Shown piece by piece: positions 10,297 to 20,022 of a DNA stretch of 64,000 nt. Within the stretch, counting starts at the first letter, position 1. Every line of letters begins with the position of its first letter. The DNA comes from an uncultured virus (IMG/VR IMGVR_UViG_3300009152_000029) (Duplodnaviria > Heunggongvirae > Uroviricota > Caudoviricetes), in IMG/VR virus record IMGVR_UViG_3300009152_000029; one strand, given 5' to 3'. Both the position numbers and the translations under genes were made by a program. The notes beneath the pieces were generated by a model that had not been told where the DNA came from, searched no databases, and saw nothing but the letters and a program-made list of their open reading frames with translations.

Positions 10297-11451
10297 ATGG
10301 CGCAAGTTACATTAAATAATTCAAATAAAGATTATTTTAAGTCAAAGTTATCAGAATTGTTGATTGATTTTGTTGAAAATGAAACGGTCACAAGCCCTTT
10401 TGTTAATGAACAATCTTTTTTAGATATTATCACTCAAGGGCTCGAAGAAATTGATTCTTTAGCTCAGTCCGAAAGTACAACTTTTGATTTGGATGAACTT
10501 GTGCAAGCAGGTTTTTCTCGCAGTGAATTGTTAGCTGGTAGTGAGCCAAATTCTGACAAAGAAGTTTTAGCTGCGCCTAGAATAAGACCTATTAGAGTGA
10601 GACCTCGAAGAACACCAGGTTTAGGCCCCACAGTTCCTGCAAGACGTCCTGGGACACCTGCTGCGCCAAGTGGAACATCACCTGTAACTCCCTCTCCTGG
10701 TGCATCAGCAAGAGCTAAGAAAAATATTTTTAATTCTATCAGTCAATCATCGAAAAAGTTTTTCAGTAGGCACGGCTGGATGGCTATGACTTTGTGGCCA
10801 GTTATTAAGGGGATTTTTGATTCTATTGTTGGTTGGTTTAAAAATAACTGGAACGAAATTGTCGATCAAGTAACAGAACCATCCTTTTTGCGTGAAGTTA
10901 TTTTAGATTATAATGCTTACAGAAGAATTCAGGATTCTATGGAGTCTGAAATGTACGCACCAAGCGCTTATGAACATATATTAGAAACAAAAGGCGCTAG
11001 AGGTTATGGAGGACAACAAGCTTCTCAAGGCGCTTACGATATGCCTTCTGCAGAACTTAAGTCAGATTTTAAAAAATTCATTCCAGATTCAGTTGGAACA
11101 TCAAGATATAAAGATCCAGATATCCAAAATGCCTTAAGACAAAATACTTCTTCAAAAAATAAAAATACCAAATTTGTCAAAATTTCTCAAGCAACTAGCG
11201 AACCAGTTTCAGCAGCTAAGCCGGAGCCTACTGAAGAAAGCAAAAAATCTATAGAACAGTTGCAAAACTTGATGCCTAAGTGGTCAGTAACAGACATATT
11301 AAATCAAATCAAGCCAATTGCTGACGATCCAAAAATGTCTGTTGCAGAGAAGCAAAGAGCAGTTGTTACAATTGTCAATAAGTATTCAAGTTCTGCAACA
11401 GCTCTATACAATTTCTTAAAACAAAATTACAATCTCCCTGATGTGGCATAG
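10297..11451 (+). CDS. Hypothetical protein with Pro/Arg-rich linker
   Basis: 384 aa ORF; contains KFVKISQ and an amphipathic segment WMAMTLWPVIKGIF. Confidence 0.65.
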   Translation: MAQVTLNNSNKDYFKSKLSELLIDFVENETVTSPFVNEQSFLDIITQGLEEIDSLAQSESTTFDLDELVQAGFSRSELLAGSEPNSDKEVLAAPRIRPIRVRPRRTPGLGPTVPARRPGTPAAPSGTSPVTPSPGASARAKKNIFNSISQSSKKFFSRHGWMAMTLWPVIKGIFDSIVGWFKNNWNEIVDQVTEPSFLREVILDYNAYRRIQDSMESEMYAPSAYEHILETKGARGYGGQQASQGAYDMPSAELKSDFKKFIPDSVGTSRYKDPDIQNALRQNTSSKNKNTKFVKISQATSEPVSAAKPEPTEESKKSIEQLQNLMPKWSVTDILNQIKPIADDPKMSVAEKQRAVVTIVNKYSSSATALYNFLKQNYNLPDVA

Positions 11452-11453
11452 AA

Positions 11454-12206
11454 ATGAAAAATTATTTATTTGAAATATTAGAAAGTTTAGATAATTCTAA
11501 ATTATATAAAACTGCAGATAAACTTGAAAAATTCATCAAAGTTTCTCAGTTGATGGACAGCCCTTTTTCATTTTTTCAAGAAGACAAAGATGCACCTCAA
11601 GGCGTAGGTTATCAAACTAATAAATATGTAGGTAATATGTTTGATACCCGTGGTACTGCTATGGGAGAGTATTTTGGAGAAGGTATGATGGGACCTGATT
11701 CAGCCTACAAAGAAGATAGGCCTGGTGGCAATGAAGGTCCGTTAATCTTAGATACTCCTTCTCCTGAACAAGAAGCTAGGATGACTCCTCAACAATTGTA
11801 CGATTTGAAAATAAGGAATCTTGAAAAAGCTCAACAATTTATGGCAAGTACTGGCGAACCATTTAAAGCAATTGAATTCTATATGTCAAACCTTGCAAAA
11901 TCTGGTGGAAATGAAGCTGCAAAACAACAAATATTGCAAGCATCAATACCTACATTAACAAAATTATATTCAGACCAATTGAGAGCTCAGCCTAGTTCCC
12001 AATGGCGTAGAATTATTAATGATTTTACACAGAAGGCATCTAAATATCCTGGATTGGGACAATATGTGCCAAATATATTGCAAAATATATTCAAAGATAT
12101 TTCAAGAGAAGCACGAAGTACAAATAACCCAAAATTACGTGATGATTTTATGAAAGGCGAAGGTAATTCTATCTTCCAGCAATATGGAGTTCAGCCTTTA
12201 AAATAG
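11454..12206 (+). CDS. Hypothetical protein
   Basis: 250 aa ORF; leader LDNSKLYKTADKLEKFIKVSQ. Confidence 0.65.
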   Translation: MKNYLFEILESLDNSKLYKTADKLEKFIKVSQLMDSPFSFFQEDKDAPQGVGYQTNKYVGNMFDTRGTAMGEYFGEGMMGPDSAYKEDRPGGNEGPLILDTPSPEQEARMTPQQLYDLKIRNLEKAQQFMASTGEPFKAIEFYMSNLAKSGGNEAAKQQILQASIPTLTKLYSDQLRAQPSSQWRRIINDFTQKASKYPGLGQYVPNILQNIFKDISREARSTNNPKLRDDFMKGEGNSIFQQYGVQPLK

Positions 12207-12224
12207 CATCTGTATAACTAAAGT

Positions 12225-12983
12225 ATGGATCAAATTTGCCCACTTTACACTCAAACATCAGAATGTGCTCTCAAGTTAATTTCAAACCCAAGATTAGTAG
12301 CTTTTTTATTGAAAAAAGAATTTTCAGTAATTCAAGAAAAATGGATTTCTGATTGCGAAGGTTCTATTCTTAAGTGTTCGTACAAAGAAGAAACAAAAGA
12401 ATCTAAATCTCAAGAAGTTATTGACGAACCAGCTGTAAAACAAATCACTGAAGAATTTGTCGAAAGTACTAAAGTAAGTATCCACAAAGTTGAAAACCCT
12501 TATCTTGTCAAGTCAGATGTTTTGGTTTACCCAACGAATATTGGCCTTACTATAGACGATCCTCTGCTCAATCGTATGTCAAGAGGCAGAATTCAATTTG
12601 AATGTGATAAATTCTCAAAACCAATCAAAATGGGCACCGTATATATTACTTCAAATGGTTTTGGTGATTCTAAAGTTAAACCTCAGAAAGTTTATCATGC
12701 AGTAGTAGCAGGAGAGAGCAGGCTTGTAAATGAAGCTGATACAAAGTCAGCAATCAAAAAAGCTCTTATTTTAGCAAACCAAGAAGAAGCTAGAAATATT
12801 GTAATGTTGCCTAGTGATTGTGGAACTTTAGATATCAATGATTCTGCCCGAGTTCAATTATCAGCTATAAAAACATTCTTGAACTCAGAGAAAAATTGCA
12901 AAATTAAAAATATTTTTGTAGTTATGGAAGACGAGGACAGTTACAATACATACGAGGAATATTACAATAGAATATTTACTTGA
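12225..12983 (+). CDS. Divergent macrodomain (ADP-ribose-binding fold) protein
   Basis: KSDVLVYPTN, GTVYITSNG, VYHAVV, AIKKALILA...NIVMLP, IKNIFVV follow the macrodomain strand/helix order. Confidence 0.7.
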   Translation: MDQICPLYTQTSECALKLISNPRLVAFLLKKEFSVIQEKWISDCEGSILKCSYKEETKESKSQEVIDEPAVKQITEEFVESTKVSIHKVENPYLVKSDVLVYPTNIGLTIDDPLLNRMSRGRIQFECDKFSKPIKMGTVYITSNGFGDSKVKPQKVYHAVVAGESRLVNEADTKSAIKKALILANQEEARNIVMLPSDCGTLDINDSARVQLSAIKTFLNSEKNCKIKNIFVVMEDEDSYNTYEEYYNRIFT

Positions 12984-12994
12984 GGTAGTGTTGA

Positions 12995-13315
12995 ATGGAA
13001 GTAACTTGTGAGAACCCGTCTAATCTACTATGTGGCTTATTAAATACATTTGAATTTCCAGCTTGTATTGTTGATGAAAATAAAAACATCATAATGAATA
13101 TACACGCTAGAGAATTATTTGAAAATGGATTGGATGTAAAGAAGTATGTCAATGCTTCCATCCTTTCGTATCAAGGCCTGAAATATCAAATTAAAAAACA
13201 AGATCTCAATAGCGGAACCAAAAGTAAATTAATCATTTTTGAAGTAGTTGATGAAACAATTACTAAACTCACAGAATCTTCCAAAAAATTACGACAAGTT
13301 CTCTCTGCCTTATAA
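12995..13315 (+). CDS. Small PAS-like protein
   Basis: LNTFEFPACIVDENKNIIMNIHARELF resembles a PAS N-terminal motif; GAGGT RBS. Confidence 0.45.
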   Translation: MEVTCENPSNLLCGLLNTFEFPACIVDENKNIIMNIHARELFENGLDVKKYVNASILSYQGLKYQIKKQDLNSGTKSKLIIFEVVDETITKLTESSKKLRQVLSAL

Positions 13316-13326
13316 TCGGAGGAGAA

Positions 13327-13782
13327 ATGCAAGAAAACGAAGTCGGTTTAGAACAGCTTAAGAACGTCTACAAAGCACAGACAGAGGCATATTTAGATTT
13401 TAATATGGCTCTTATTAATATTTTAACTAATCAAAAAGAATTGCTAGGAAAGGTTGAATCATTAAAAATACTTTCAGATGATGAGTTTAAAAAACTTTCT
13501 AAAGACTACGCAATTCTTGAAAAGTTGTTTGAGAATTTTCAAAGCGCTCAAATTAGGAGAGATGCTGAGTTAGAAGAAGCAACATTAGAATATACAGCAC
13601 AAATTTCTGATTTTGGCGGAACTGTTGAAGAAATGAAAGAAGACGTAAAGTTTATCAAAAAAATGTACTGGGATGTCAAAAATACATTGAATAAAGTTGC
13701 GTGGACTATTGGTGGAATTATAGCCTTTTTAACTATCTTGCAATTAGTTACAGGCAAAGGATTAGTGGACTTCGTAAAATAA
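13327..13782 (+). CDS. Coiled-coil protein with C-terminal transmembrane helix (possibly holin-like)
   Basis: Heptad-rich body followed by VAWTIGGIIAFLTILQLV; GGAGGAG RBS. Confidence 0.5.
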   Translation: MQENEVGLEQLKNVYKAQTEAYLDFNMALINILTNQKELLGKVESLKILSDDEFKKLSKDYAILEKLFENFQSAQIRRDAELEEATLEYTAQISDFGGTVEEMKEDVKFIKKMYWDVKNTLNKVAWTIGGIIAFLTILQLVTGKGLVDFVK

Positions 13783-14009
13783 TGCCTACAATTACTTGCT
13801 ATTGTCAAAATTGCGGAAAAAATTTTTATTCTAAAGAAGAATTATATCTTCCAGGTCTTAAATATCGTACAGTTTTTGCGATGAATAGAAAACAACTTAA
13901 GACTTGGGATGATTGGGTGGCTCATATGTCTACTCACTGCGAAGAATGCAGAGAAAAAGAAATTCCAGAAAGCTGTATGGAAGATTATAAAAAACTAAAA
14001 TATAGCTAA
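13782..14009 (+). CDS. Small Zn-finger protein
   Basis: Probable start MPTITCYCQNC at 13782 (TAATG coupling); CQNC...HCEEC. Confidence 0.6.
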   Translation: MPTITCYCQNCGKNFYSKEELYLPGLKYRTVFAMNRKQLKTWDDWVAHMSTHCEECREKEIPESCMEDYKKLKYS

Positions 14010-14281
14010 GAAGTTTTAATAATTTGATCTAAGCTGTTTCTAATGTCCAATAAAGTTTGATCTGAAACTTTATTTCCTTCAAAAGAAATGTTATTATCAA
14101 GCTTTAAGTGATATAAAACACCTCCAGCAATACTATCTATCAAATTATTGATATCAGCTCTGTTTAAGATTTGATTTGGGTCTGTTTCTTCAGTAATAGC
14201 ATCAGCCAATTCTGTCGCTTCATTCTCTAAGCCAGACTCTTCCAAATCTTTTATCAATTGAGCTAATTTGGAAATATTCAT
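14006..14281 (-). CDS. Hypothetical protein
   Basis: 91 aa; leader SKLAQLIKDLEESGLENEATEL resembles that of 11454. Confidence 0.6.
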   Translation of the reverse strand: MNISKLAQLIKDLEESGLENEATELADAITEETDPNQILNRADINNLIDSIAGGVLYHLKLDNNISFEGNKVSDQTLLDIRNSLDQIIKTS

Positions 14282-14587
14282 TTATTTACTCTTAAAAATT
14301 TCTACGAACAAATCATCAACATAAGATTTTTTAGATGCAGTTGTGATATTGTTCGATAACTGATTTTGAACTTCAGGAGGCAAACAAGAAAAACATACAT
14401 TTTTACCAATACGATCTTTATACCAAGGCGCAGTTTCAGCATATACTGGCAAGAATCTAAATAAGCCAGTATTTAATGGTAAAACGTTTCCACAAGATTC
14501 GCAAGACCTTGATAAATTTATTTTACCTTTAGGTTTTGCATTTTCGGGATTCTTGTGGTATTTATTAAGATTGTCTAGTAAACTCAT
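14282..14587 (-). CDS. Small Zn-finger protein
   Basis: CESC...CFSC. Confidence 0.6.
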   Translation of the reverse strand: MSLLDNLNKYHKNPENAKPKGKINLSRSCESCGNVLPLNTGLFRFLPVYAETAPWYKDRIGKNVCFSCLPPEVQNQLSNNITTASKKSYVDDLFVEIFKSK

Positions 14588-14667
14588 ATGATTTTTCTCA
14601 GATTAAAACACTTACATTTTATAATATAAAAGATTTCAAGTGATTTCCTGCTTGAAATGAAAAGGAG

Positions 14668-15288
14668 ATGACAATGATTGAGGTAATCAGTCAGGTAGTA
14701 ATCTCTATTATTCTTTTACTCACAAGTATGAGAGTAGTAAAATTACCACCGAAACCATACCATCAAGATGCGAAAGTTTCCGTATCAACATCAAAGGATA
14801 AACTTGATAAAAAAGAAAAAATTTCTAAATTTATCAAACTTGTTCAACCGAGATATTCGCAATCATACATAAAGAAAATTACAGCTGCTATAATAAAGTA
14901 TGCTGCAGTTTTCAAAGTAGACCCATATGTGATAGCTTCTACCGCATATGTTGAAAGTGAATTCAAGATGACTAGTAGACCCTGTATTGGTATGATGCAG
15001 CTAGTCAGACCATCAATTAGGTATTACGACCCTAAAAGAGTCTATAATCCACGCACAATTGAGGGGAATATAGCAATTGGGACTAAAGAGTTATCTGTTC
15101 ATTTGCGAAAACACTCCAGAAAAGGATTGCCTAGCAGAACAGCTTATAGAAATATGTACAGATCTTACAATGGATCTTATATGAAAAATAGGTACTCTGT
15201 AAAAACAATGCTAGTTCAAACGAGATTGGAACATCTTTCAATAGATGCATTAAAATCTAAACTTGGGAAAGGGCCAATTTGGAAATAA
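14668..15288 (+). CDS. Lytic transglycosylase (SLT domain) with N-terminal membrane anchor
   Basis: VDPYVIASTAYVESEF (catalytic ES), IGMMQL, NIAIG, SYNG; hydrophobic N-terminal segment. Confidence 0.85.
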   Translation: MTMIEVISQVVISIILLLTSMRVVKLPPKPYHQDAKVSVSTSKDKLDKKEKISKFIKLVQPRYSQSYIKKITAAIIKYAAVFKVDPYVIASTAYVESEFKMTSRPCIGMMQLVRPSIRYYDPKRVYNPRTIEGNIAIGTKELSVHLRKHSRKGLPSRTAYRNMYRSYNGSYMKNRYSVKTMLVQTRLEHLSIDALKSKLGKGPIWK

Positions 15289-15321
15289 AAAAAGAGGGGA
15301 GATTTCTCTCCCCTCTTTTTT
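15287..15321. terminator. Bidirectional rho-independent terminator
   Basis: A-tract, GAGGGGAGA-TTTC-TCTCCCCTC, T-tract between convergent genes. Confidence 0.9.
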
Positions 15322-15339
15322 AGTAGGTGATAAAAAAGA

Positions 15340-15849
15340 TTAGATACCGCCAGAAGTGTTGGTAAATCTATTCCATCCAGATGGATATCTACCTAATGCA
15401 GTTGTTACTGCAGTACCAGCATTAACTAATGTAATATCAGCAATTAATCTGTTGAGTTCAAAAGCAATCTTCTCCATTTTTGATTGAAGATTGTTGTAAG
15501 AAATTCCAGAGAAGTTTGCAGCAATCTCTTTTTCAGTTGCTGTAATACCTGAAACCGCAGTACCATAATTTGTAATCAAAGTAGATAAAGTAGATTGAAT
15601 TAAATCAAAATCTTCATATGTTGATGAACCAATTGCAGTGCCACCAAATGTCACGTCAGTTGGGTATTTTGCTGCAGAATTAAAAGTTACAGTTGTTGTG
15701 TCGTTAGGGCCAGAGCCATTACCAATTGTAGTATCTTTTAACTCTTGATAGGTGGTTAAGTTGTTCCAAAGGTATGAGCCTGGATCGTTAGTAGTACCGT
15801 TGGCTGATCTTGCTGTACCTTTGTATAAACTTGATGGATATGTTGGCAT
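15340..15849 (-). CDS. Putative structural protein, paralogue of 15954..16826
   Basis: Shares MPTYPSSL, SAAKYPTDV and YPSG.NR.TN..GG with the neighbour; AAGGAG RBS. Confidence 0.7.
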   Translation of the reverse strand: MPTYPSSLYKGTARSANGTTNDPGSYLWNNLTTYQELKDTTIGNGSGPNDTTTVTFNSAAKYPTDVTFGGTAIGSSTYEDFDLIQSTLSTLITNYGTAVSGITATEKEIAANFSGISYNNLQSKMEKIAFELNRLIADITLVNAGTAVTTALGRYPSGWNRFTNTSGGI

Positions 15850-15953
15850 ATTAGTACTCCTTATACCGTATCATTTTCTTCGAAGAAACAAAACTAATAA
15901 ACATATTTTTTGTTTTCAATAGATTAATTTTGTTTCTCCGACGCTTATTCCTT

Positions 15954-16826
15954 CTAATATCCACCAGCAATATTAGTTAATCTATTTTTGCCAGATGGAT
16001 ATGTAGAAGTAAGACCAATTCCAGGGAATGAAGCAGCAAATCCAACAGTGTTCATTCTGTCGATATCGCCTCTTAATTTTGTAATTTCATAGCTTATTTT
16101 TCTGAATTTTCTATAAAGGTTTTGGATTGTGTTGATGTTTGAAGAAGCCATCCACTTTAAACCTTCAGTTGAAACGCTTGAAAAAGAAGTTTCCAAAGCT
16201 GTCAAGTCATATTGAATTGTATTAAGCATAGACCTAAAGTCTTCAATAAACATTGTTGCGCTTGTTCTTTCTGCTGTACCTACATTTACGTCAGTAGGAT
16301 ATTTTGCAGCACTTGGATAAACAACAGTAGTGCCAAGAGCGCCGAATGTTATGCTACTAGTACCTGGAATAATAGGCTCGTCAGAAGATAAGAAGAACTT
16401 CTGGGATGCGTTTACAGTTCCGTTTGTGACAGAGAAAATTGTATTTCTCTTAAGCTCAGCATCTTCATCAAATCTGGTGTCTCTTGTTAATTGCCAGTAT
16501 GTAGATGCAGAACCAGCTTTAGAAAGAGTATAGACACCATTCTGAATTGCATTAGATTGGTCTTTTACTAAAACTGTTGTTGCAGTATCAGTATATAAAA
16601 CACCATCTATAAATAAAGTTGTTGAACCAGAACCTGTTAGAACATTACCTGAATATGTAGGTGAACTTTGTAATGTTGCGCCTGTACCTGCTGAAATTGC
16701 AAAACCAGCGAGTGACATTGCAGTTGGCTCATTGTCAAATCTAAATTCAAATCTGTTATTATAATTGTTAACAGATCTTATTCCTGGTGCAACTCCCAAT
16801 AAAAGCGAAGATGGATAAGTTGGCAT
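15954..16826 (-). CDS. Putative structural protein with inserted VLVKDQ...NGVY module
   Basis: Paralogue of 15340 plus TVLVKDQSNAIQNGVY...LTRD module; AAGGAG RBS. Confidence 0.7.
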   Translation of the reverse strand: MPTYPSSLLLGVAPGIRSVNNYNNRFEFRFDNEPTAMSLAGFAISAGTGATLQSSPTYSGNVLTGSGSTTLFIDGVLYTDTATTVLVKDQSNAIQNGVYTLSKAGSASTYWQLTRDTRFDEDAELKRNTIFSVTNGTVNASQKFFLSSDEPIIPGTSSITFGALGTTVVYPSAAKYPTDVNVGTAERTSATMFIEDFRSMLNTIQYDLTALETSFSSVSTEGLKWMASSNINTIQNLYRKFRKISYEITKLRGDIDRMNTVGFAASFPGIGLTSTYPSGKNRLTNIAGGY

Positions 16827-16884
16827 TATTCAAACTCCTTAAATGATTTCATCATCTTAGAAACCAAACCGATTTATAGATTTT

Positions 16885-16957
16885 TCTTTCAATATAATCC
16901 AGATCACTACCTTTATCGATTATTCATAAAAGTTTATACTCTATCTGCAATGAATAT
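16885..16957. promoter_or_regulatory. Divergent pair of candidate phage promoter motifs
   Basis: Minus strand AAGG-N19-GAAAG (16913 to 16885) and plus strand AAGT-N18-GAATA (16930-16957) between divergent structural-type genes. Confidence 0.45.
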
Positions 16958-17027
16958 AATTTATATCAATCAATAACTGTAAAAAATGTCTATGGCCTTA
17001 TTTCGTTTGATTTGTCAAAAATAACAA

Positions 17028-20021
17028 ATGTCTGATTTTTATATAGTACCCCCTAGACTAATTGTTGGTTCTCTGCAAAGATCCAACGTAGTAACATCTC
17101 TCAATACTTTACGTGGAGATTTGTCATTTAAGGTCAACCCAGATAGCGGTTTAACCTTAAACATAAATAGTGGGGTTTTTACTTTTTCGATAGCACCTGA
17201 TTTTTATATCAAAAAATCAGGAGACATTGTTCCGTCTAATATTATATTTCAGCCAGACCCAGGAAAATATGGTCTTGCTGTAGGTTCTGGTCCAAGCGAT
17301 CCTGGCACTGGTGTAAGTGGAGCTTTATATTTTAATACAACTTACAGTGTTCTTAAGGTTTACGACGGGTCTACTTGGAATGAAATTGCTTCGACTGGTA
17401 CTTCTGGAATTACTCAGTCTTTTGCAGACAATAGATATTTAAGACTAGATGGTGGCAATACTCCTACTGGCGCTATCTCAATGGGAAGCCAGTTCCTAAG
17501 ATTTGCCAACTTAACTACTAGAGTTGCTTCTGGAACTGCTGGACAAGTTTATTACAACACAGATACTAACAAGTTAGACCTATACAATGGAAGTTCTTGG
17601 GTTGCTGTAGGTTCTGGGATTACAAGTATTACTGCTGGAAGCGGTATATCGTTATCCTCAAATCCAATTACATCATATGGTAGTGTTTCAATCAATGAAG
17701 CTTATAATTTCAATTGGACTGGAACTCAAACTTACTCCCAGCCAATTACTTTTTCAACAAGCCAAACATTTGATGCCAGCAAGCTAACAATACCATACGA
17801 AGTTCAAGGTGACATATTACATTTTGATGGTGCAAGCTGGGCAAGATTACCATTAGGAACACCCAATCAAGTCCTTTCTGTATCTAATTGCGGAGCAGAT
17901 GTTGAATGGCACAGCTTGGTTGCTGGTCCTGGAATTGCAATCACCTATGACGCTGGAAGTTTAGTATTTTCCAGTTTAAGCGCTACTGGAATTAGCGGTA
18001 TTGCTTATTTAAATAATTTAACAAGTGCAACTCAATATTTTGCAACTGGTACAAGTGGGTCTGGTTTCAATATTGTCTCTTCAGGCTCAACACACACATT
18101 CAACATACCTATAGCTGGAATTGCTGCCACTGGTCTTATTTCAACATTGGATCAATCATTTGCTGGAAATAAAACTTTCACAAATAACTTAATTGTTTCA
18201 AGTTCAGTAGCATCGACAACTACTTCTACTGGATCTTTAACCGTCACAGGTGGCGTTGGTGTAGGACAAACAATAAATTTAGATGGAAGTCTGAATTTCT
18301 GGAATGGTAGTTACTACACTGGATTTAAATCAAGTTCTACAGCCTCTACAACATATATTTTGCCACAAAGTAGTCCAGCAACTGGCACTTCAGTATTAAG
18401 TTCAGACACTGTTGGAAATCTATCTTGGGTTCCAATGACTGCTACTAGCGGAGGATCTGGAACAACTACTATTGGTACTCCAACTGATGGAGTTTATACT
18501 GATGGTTTCTTTTCAACTTGGACTAACAATACTACAATTTCCAACGCTTTTGATGATGTGAATGAATTACTGGCCCTTTTAGCTCCTGCCAGACCTAGCT
18601 ACTTAACTGGAACATCATTAGTCGCAAGCAGTGTTCCTACTTACTATACAGTTAGGATATCAGCTGGCTTAGGTACAGAATGGTATCAAGCTGGCTATGG
18701 TACTGGCAGCCTGATAACTAGTAAATATTACTTATCTGGGGCTCATACATTAAATACAGCAAACACTAGCACTACATTCTCTGCTGGTAGTTTGACAACA
18801 TCCACTTATGGAACAATATTCTTTAAGAGATATAATTTCTTAACTTCAACAGGTGGTGGTGTTGGTACTATCGATCTGACAACAAACTACACTGTTGGAT
18901 TTACAAATAATAATTTAAGGCTTTCTGCATTAGGGACATATAACAGCATATGGACTAAAGCAAATGCTCAAATTTCAGCGTACACACAGCCCAATCCTGG
19001 ATACGAGGGAGTATTTATTTCTCACACTGAAAACAGTCAATTGACAAATACATATGAAATGTGGAAAGACCCTTGGTCAGCGTCTAATGGCAGTCCAGTT
19101 TTTTCACAGGCGGCCACTGCATCAACATATAGTCAGTCTGACAAATGGCTTTCTGGAATTTCATATTACGCTTCAGGCACAGGTTTTAGTGTTTATTTCA
19201 AAGGTGCAGCTGGTATTTACAGTTGTGCTTATAATGTTACGCAAGTTTATGCAATTTCAGCTACTGGTTTAAATACTGCAACAGGCTTGCCAGCAAGTCC
19301 TCCTTTATATACTGACGAATTAGATAAATCAGGCTCTAATCACGTCAGAGTCTCTTTATCTGTTGCAAGTCAGTCTTCATTCAATAAGTATTTGACTGTA
19401 ACAATTTACAAAGCCCACGGAACAACTGCAGCTTCCAATGCAACTATAACTAAAGCAATTAATACTTATGGAACAATTTCTACAGACACATTTGATGGTT
19501 TTCAAGATGAGGCAAGAAGATTGGTTATAGGTTCAGGTATAGCTTTTACTTCTACTATTGATATGGCTAATGGTAATGCTCAAGTTAGATCTGGCACATT
19601 GCAATACCCATTAGCATCTGATTATGATACTCAATGGGGCGGTACGCACACTTTCTCTGGTGATCAAGAATATCAAAGATATTTCTACAAAACATCAGCA
19701 AGTACTGGAACTTTGACATTCGGAGGTTTTACAGCTTCAAATATAGCACCTTATGGGACAGGAAACATAAATGTTTTACTTTATTTAGATGGAGACGCTT
19801 TGTGGTTTGATTTAGGAGTATTACAAGGCTCAAATTCTAACAATGGATCTACTAGATCTGCTGCAATTTCAGCAAAAACATCTGCTTCAGGCGGCGCATT
19901 AGGTTGGTCAATAGGAGTTAAGACTACAGGTGTAGCAGGCGCTGGTAATTCCGCTAGATATAGAGCTGTAGTTATTTTTAGAAACAATACTTACAGTATG
20001 ACAAGTATAACGAGTTCATAA
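17028..20021 (+). CDS. Virion fibre/structural protein (997 aa)
   Basis: G/S/T-rich; GALYFNTT...YDGSTW repeats; shared modules STHTFNIPIAG and GSLTVTGGVGVG. Confidence 0.7.
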   Translation: MSDFYIVPPRLIVGSLQRSNVVTSLNTLRGDLSFKVNPDSGLTLNINSGVFTFSIAPDFYIKKSGDIVPSNIIFQPDPGKYGLAVGSGPSDPGTGVSGALYFNTTYSVLKVYDGSTWNEIASTGTSGITQSFADNRYLRLDGGNTPTGAISMGSQFLRFANLTTRVASGTAGQVYYNTDTNKLDLYNGSSWVAVGSGITSITAGSGISLSSNPITSYGSVSINEAYNFNWTGTQTYSQPITFSTSQTFDASKLTIPYEVQGDILHFDGASWARLPLGTPNQVLSVSNCGADVEWHSLVAGPGIAITYDAGSLVFSSLSATGISGIAYLNNLTSATQYFATGTSGSGFNIVSSGSTHTFNIPIAGIAATGLISTLDQSFAGNKTFTNNLIVSSSVASTTTSTGSLTVTGGVGVGQTINLDGSLNFWNGSYYTGFKSSSTASTTYILPQSSPATGTSVLSSDTVGNLSWVPMTATSGGSGTTTIGTPTDGVYTDGFFSTWTNNTTISNAFDDVNELLALLAPARPSYLTGTSLVASSVPTYYTVRISAGLGTEWYQAGYGTGSLITSKYYLSGAHTLNTANTSTTFSAGSLTTSTYGTIFFKRYNFLTSTGGGVGTIDLTTNYTVGFTNNNLRLSALGTYNSIWTKANAQISAYTQPNPGYEGVFISHTENSQLTNTYEMWKDPWSASNGSPVFSQAATASTYSQSDKWLSGISYYASGTGFSVYFKGAAGIYSCAYNVTQVYAISATGLNTATGLPASPPLYTDELDKSGSNHVRVSLSVASQSSFNKYLTVTIYKAHGTTAASNATITKAINTYGTISTDTFDGFQDEARRLVIGSGIAFTSTIDMANGNAQVRSGTLQYPLASDYDTQWGGTHTFSGDQEYQRYFYKTSASTGTLTFGGFTASNIAPYGTGNINVLLYLDGDALWFDLGVLQGSNSNNGSTRSAAISAKTSASGGALGWSIGVKTTGVAGAGNSARYRAVVIFRNNTYSMTSITSS

Positions 20022-20022
20022 T

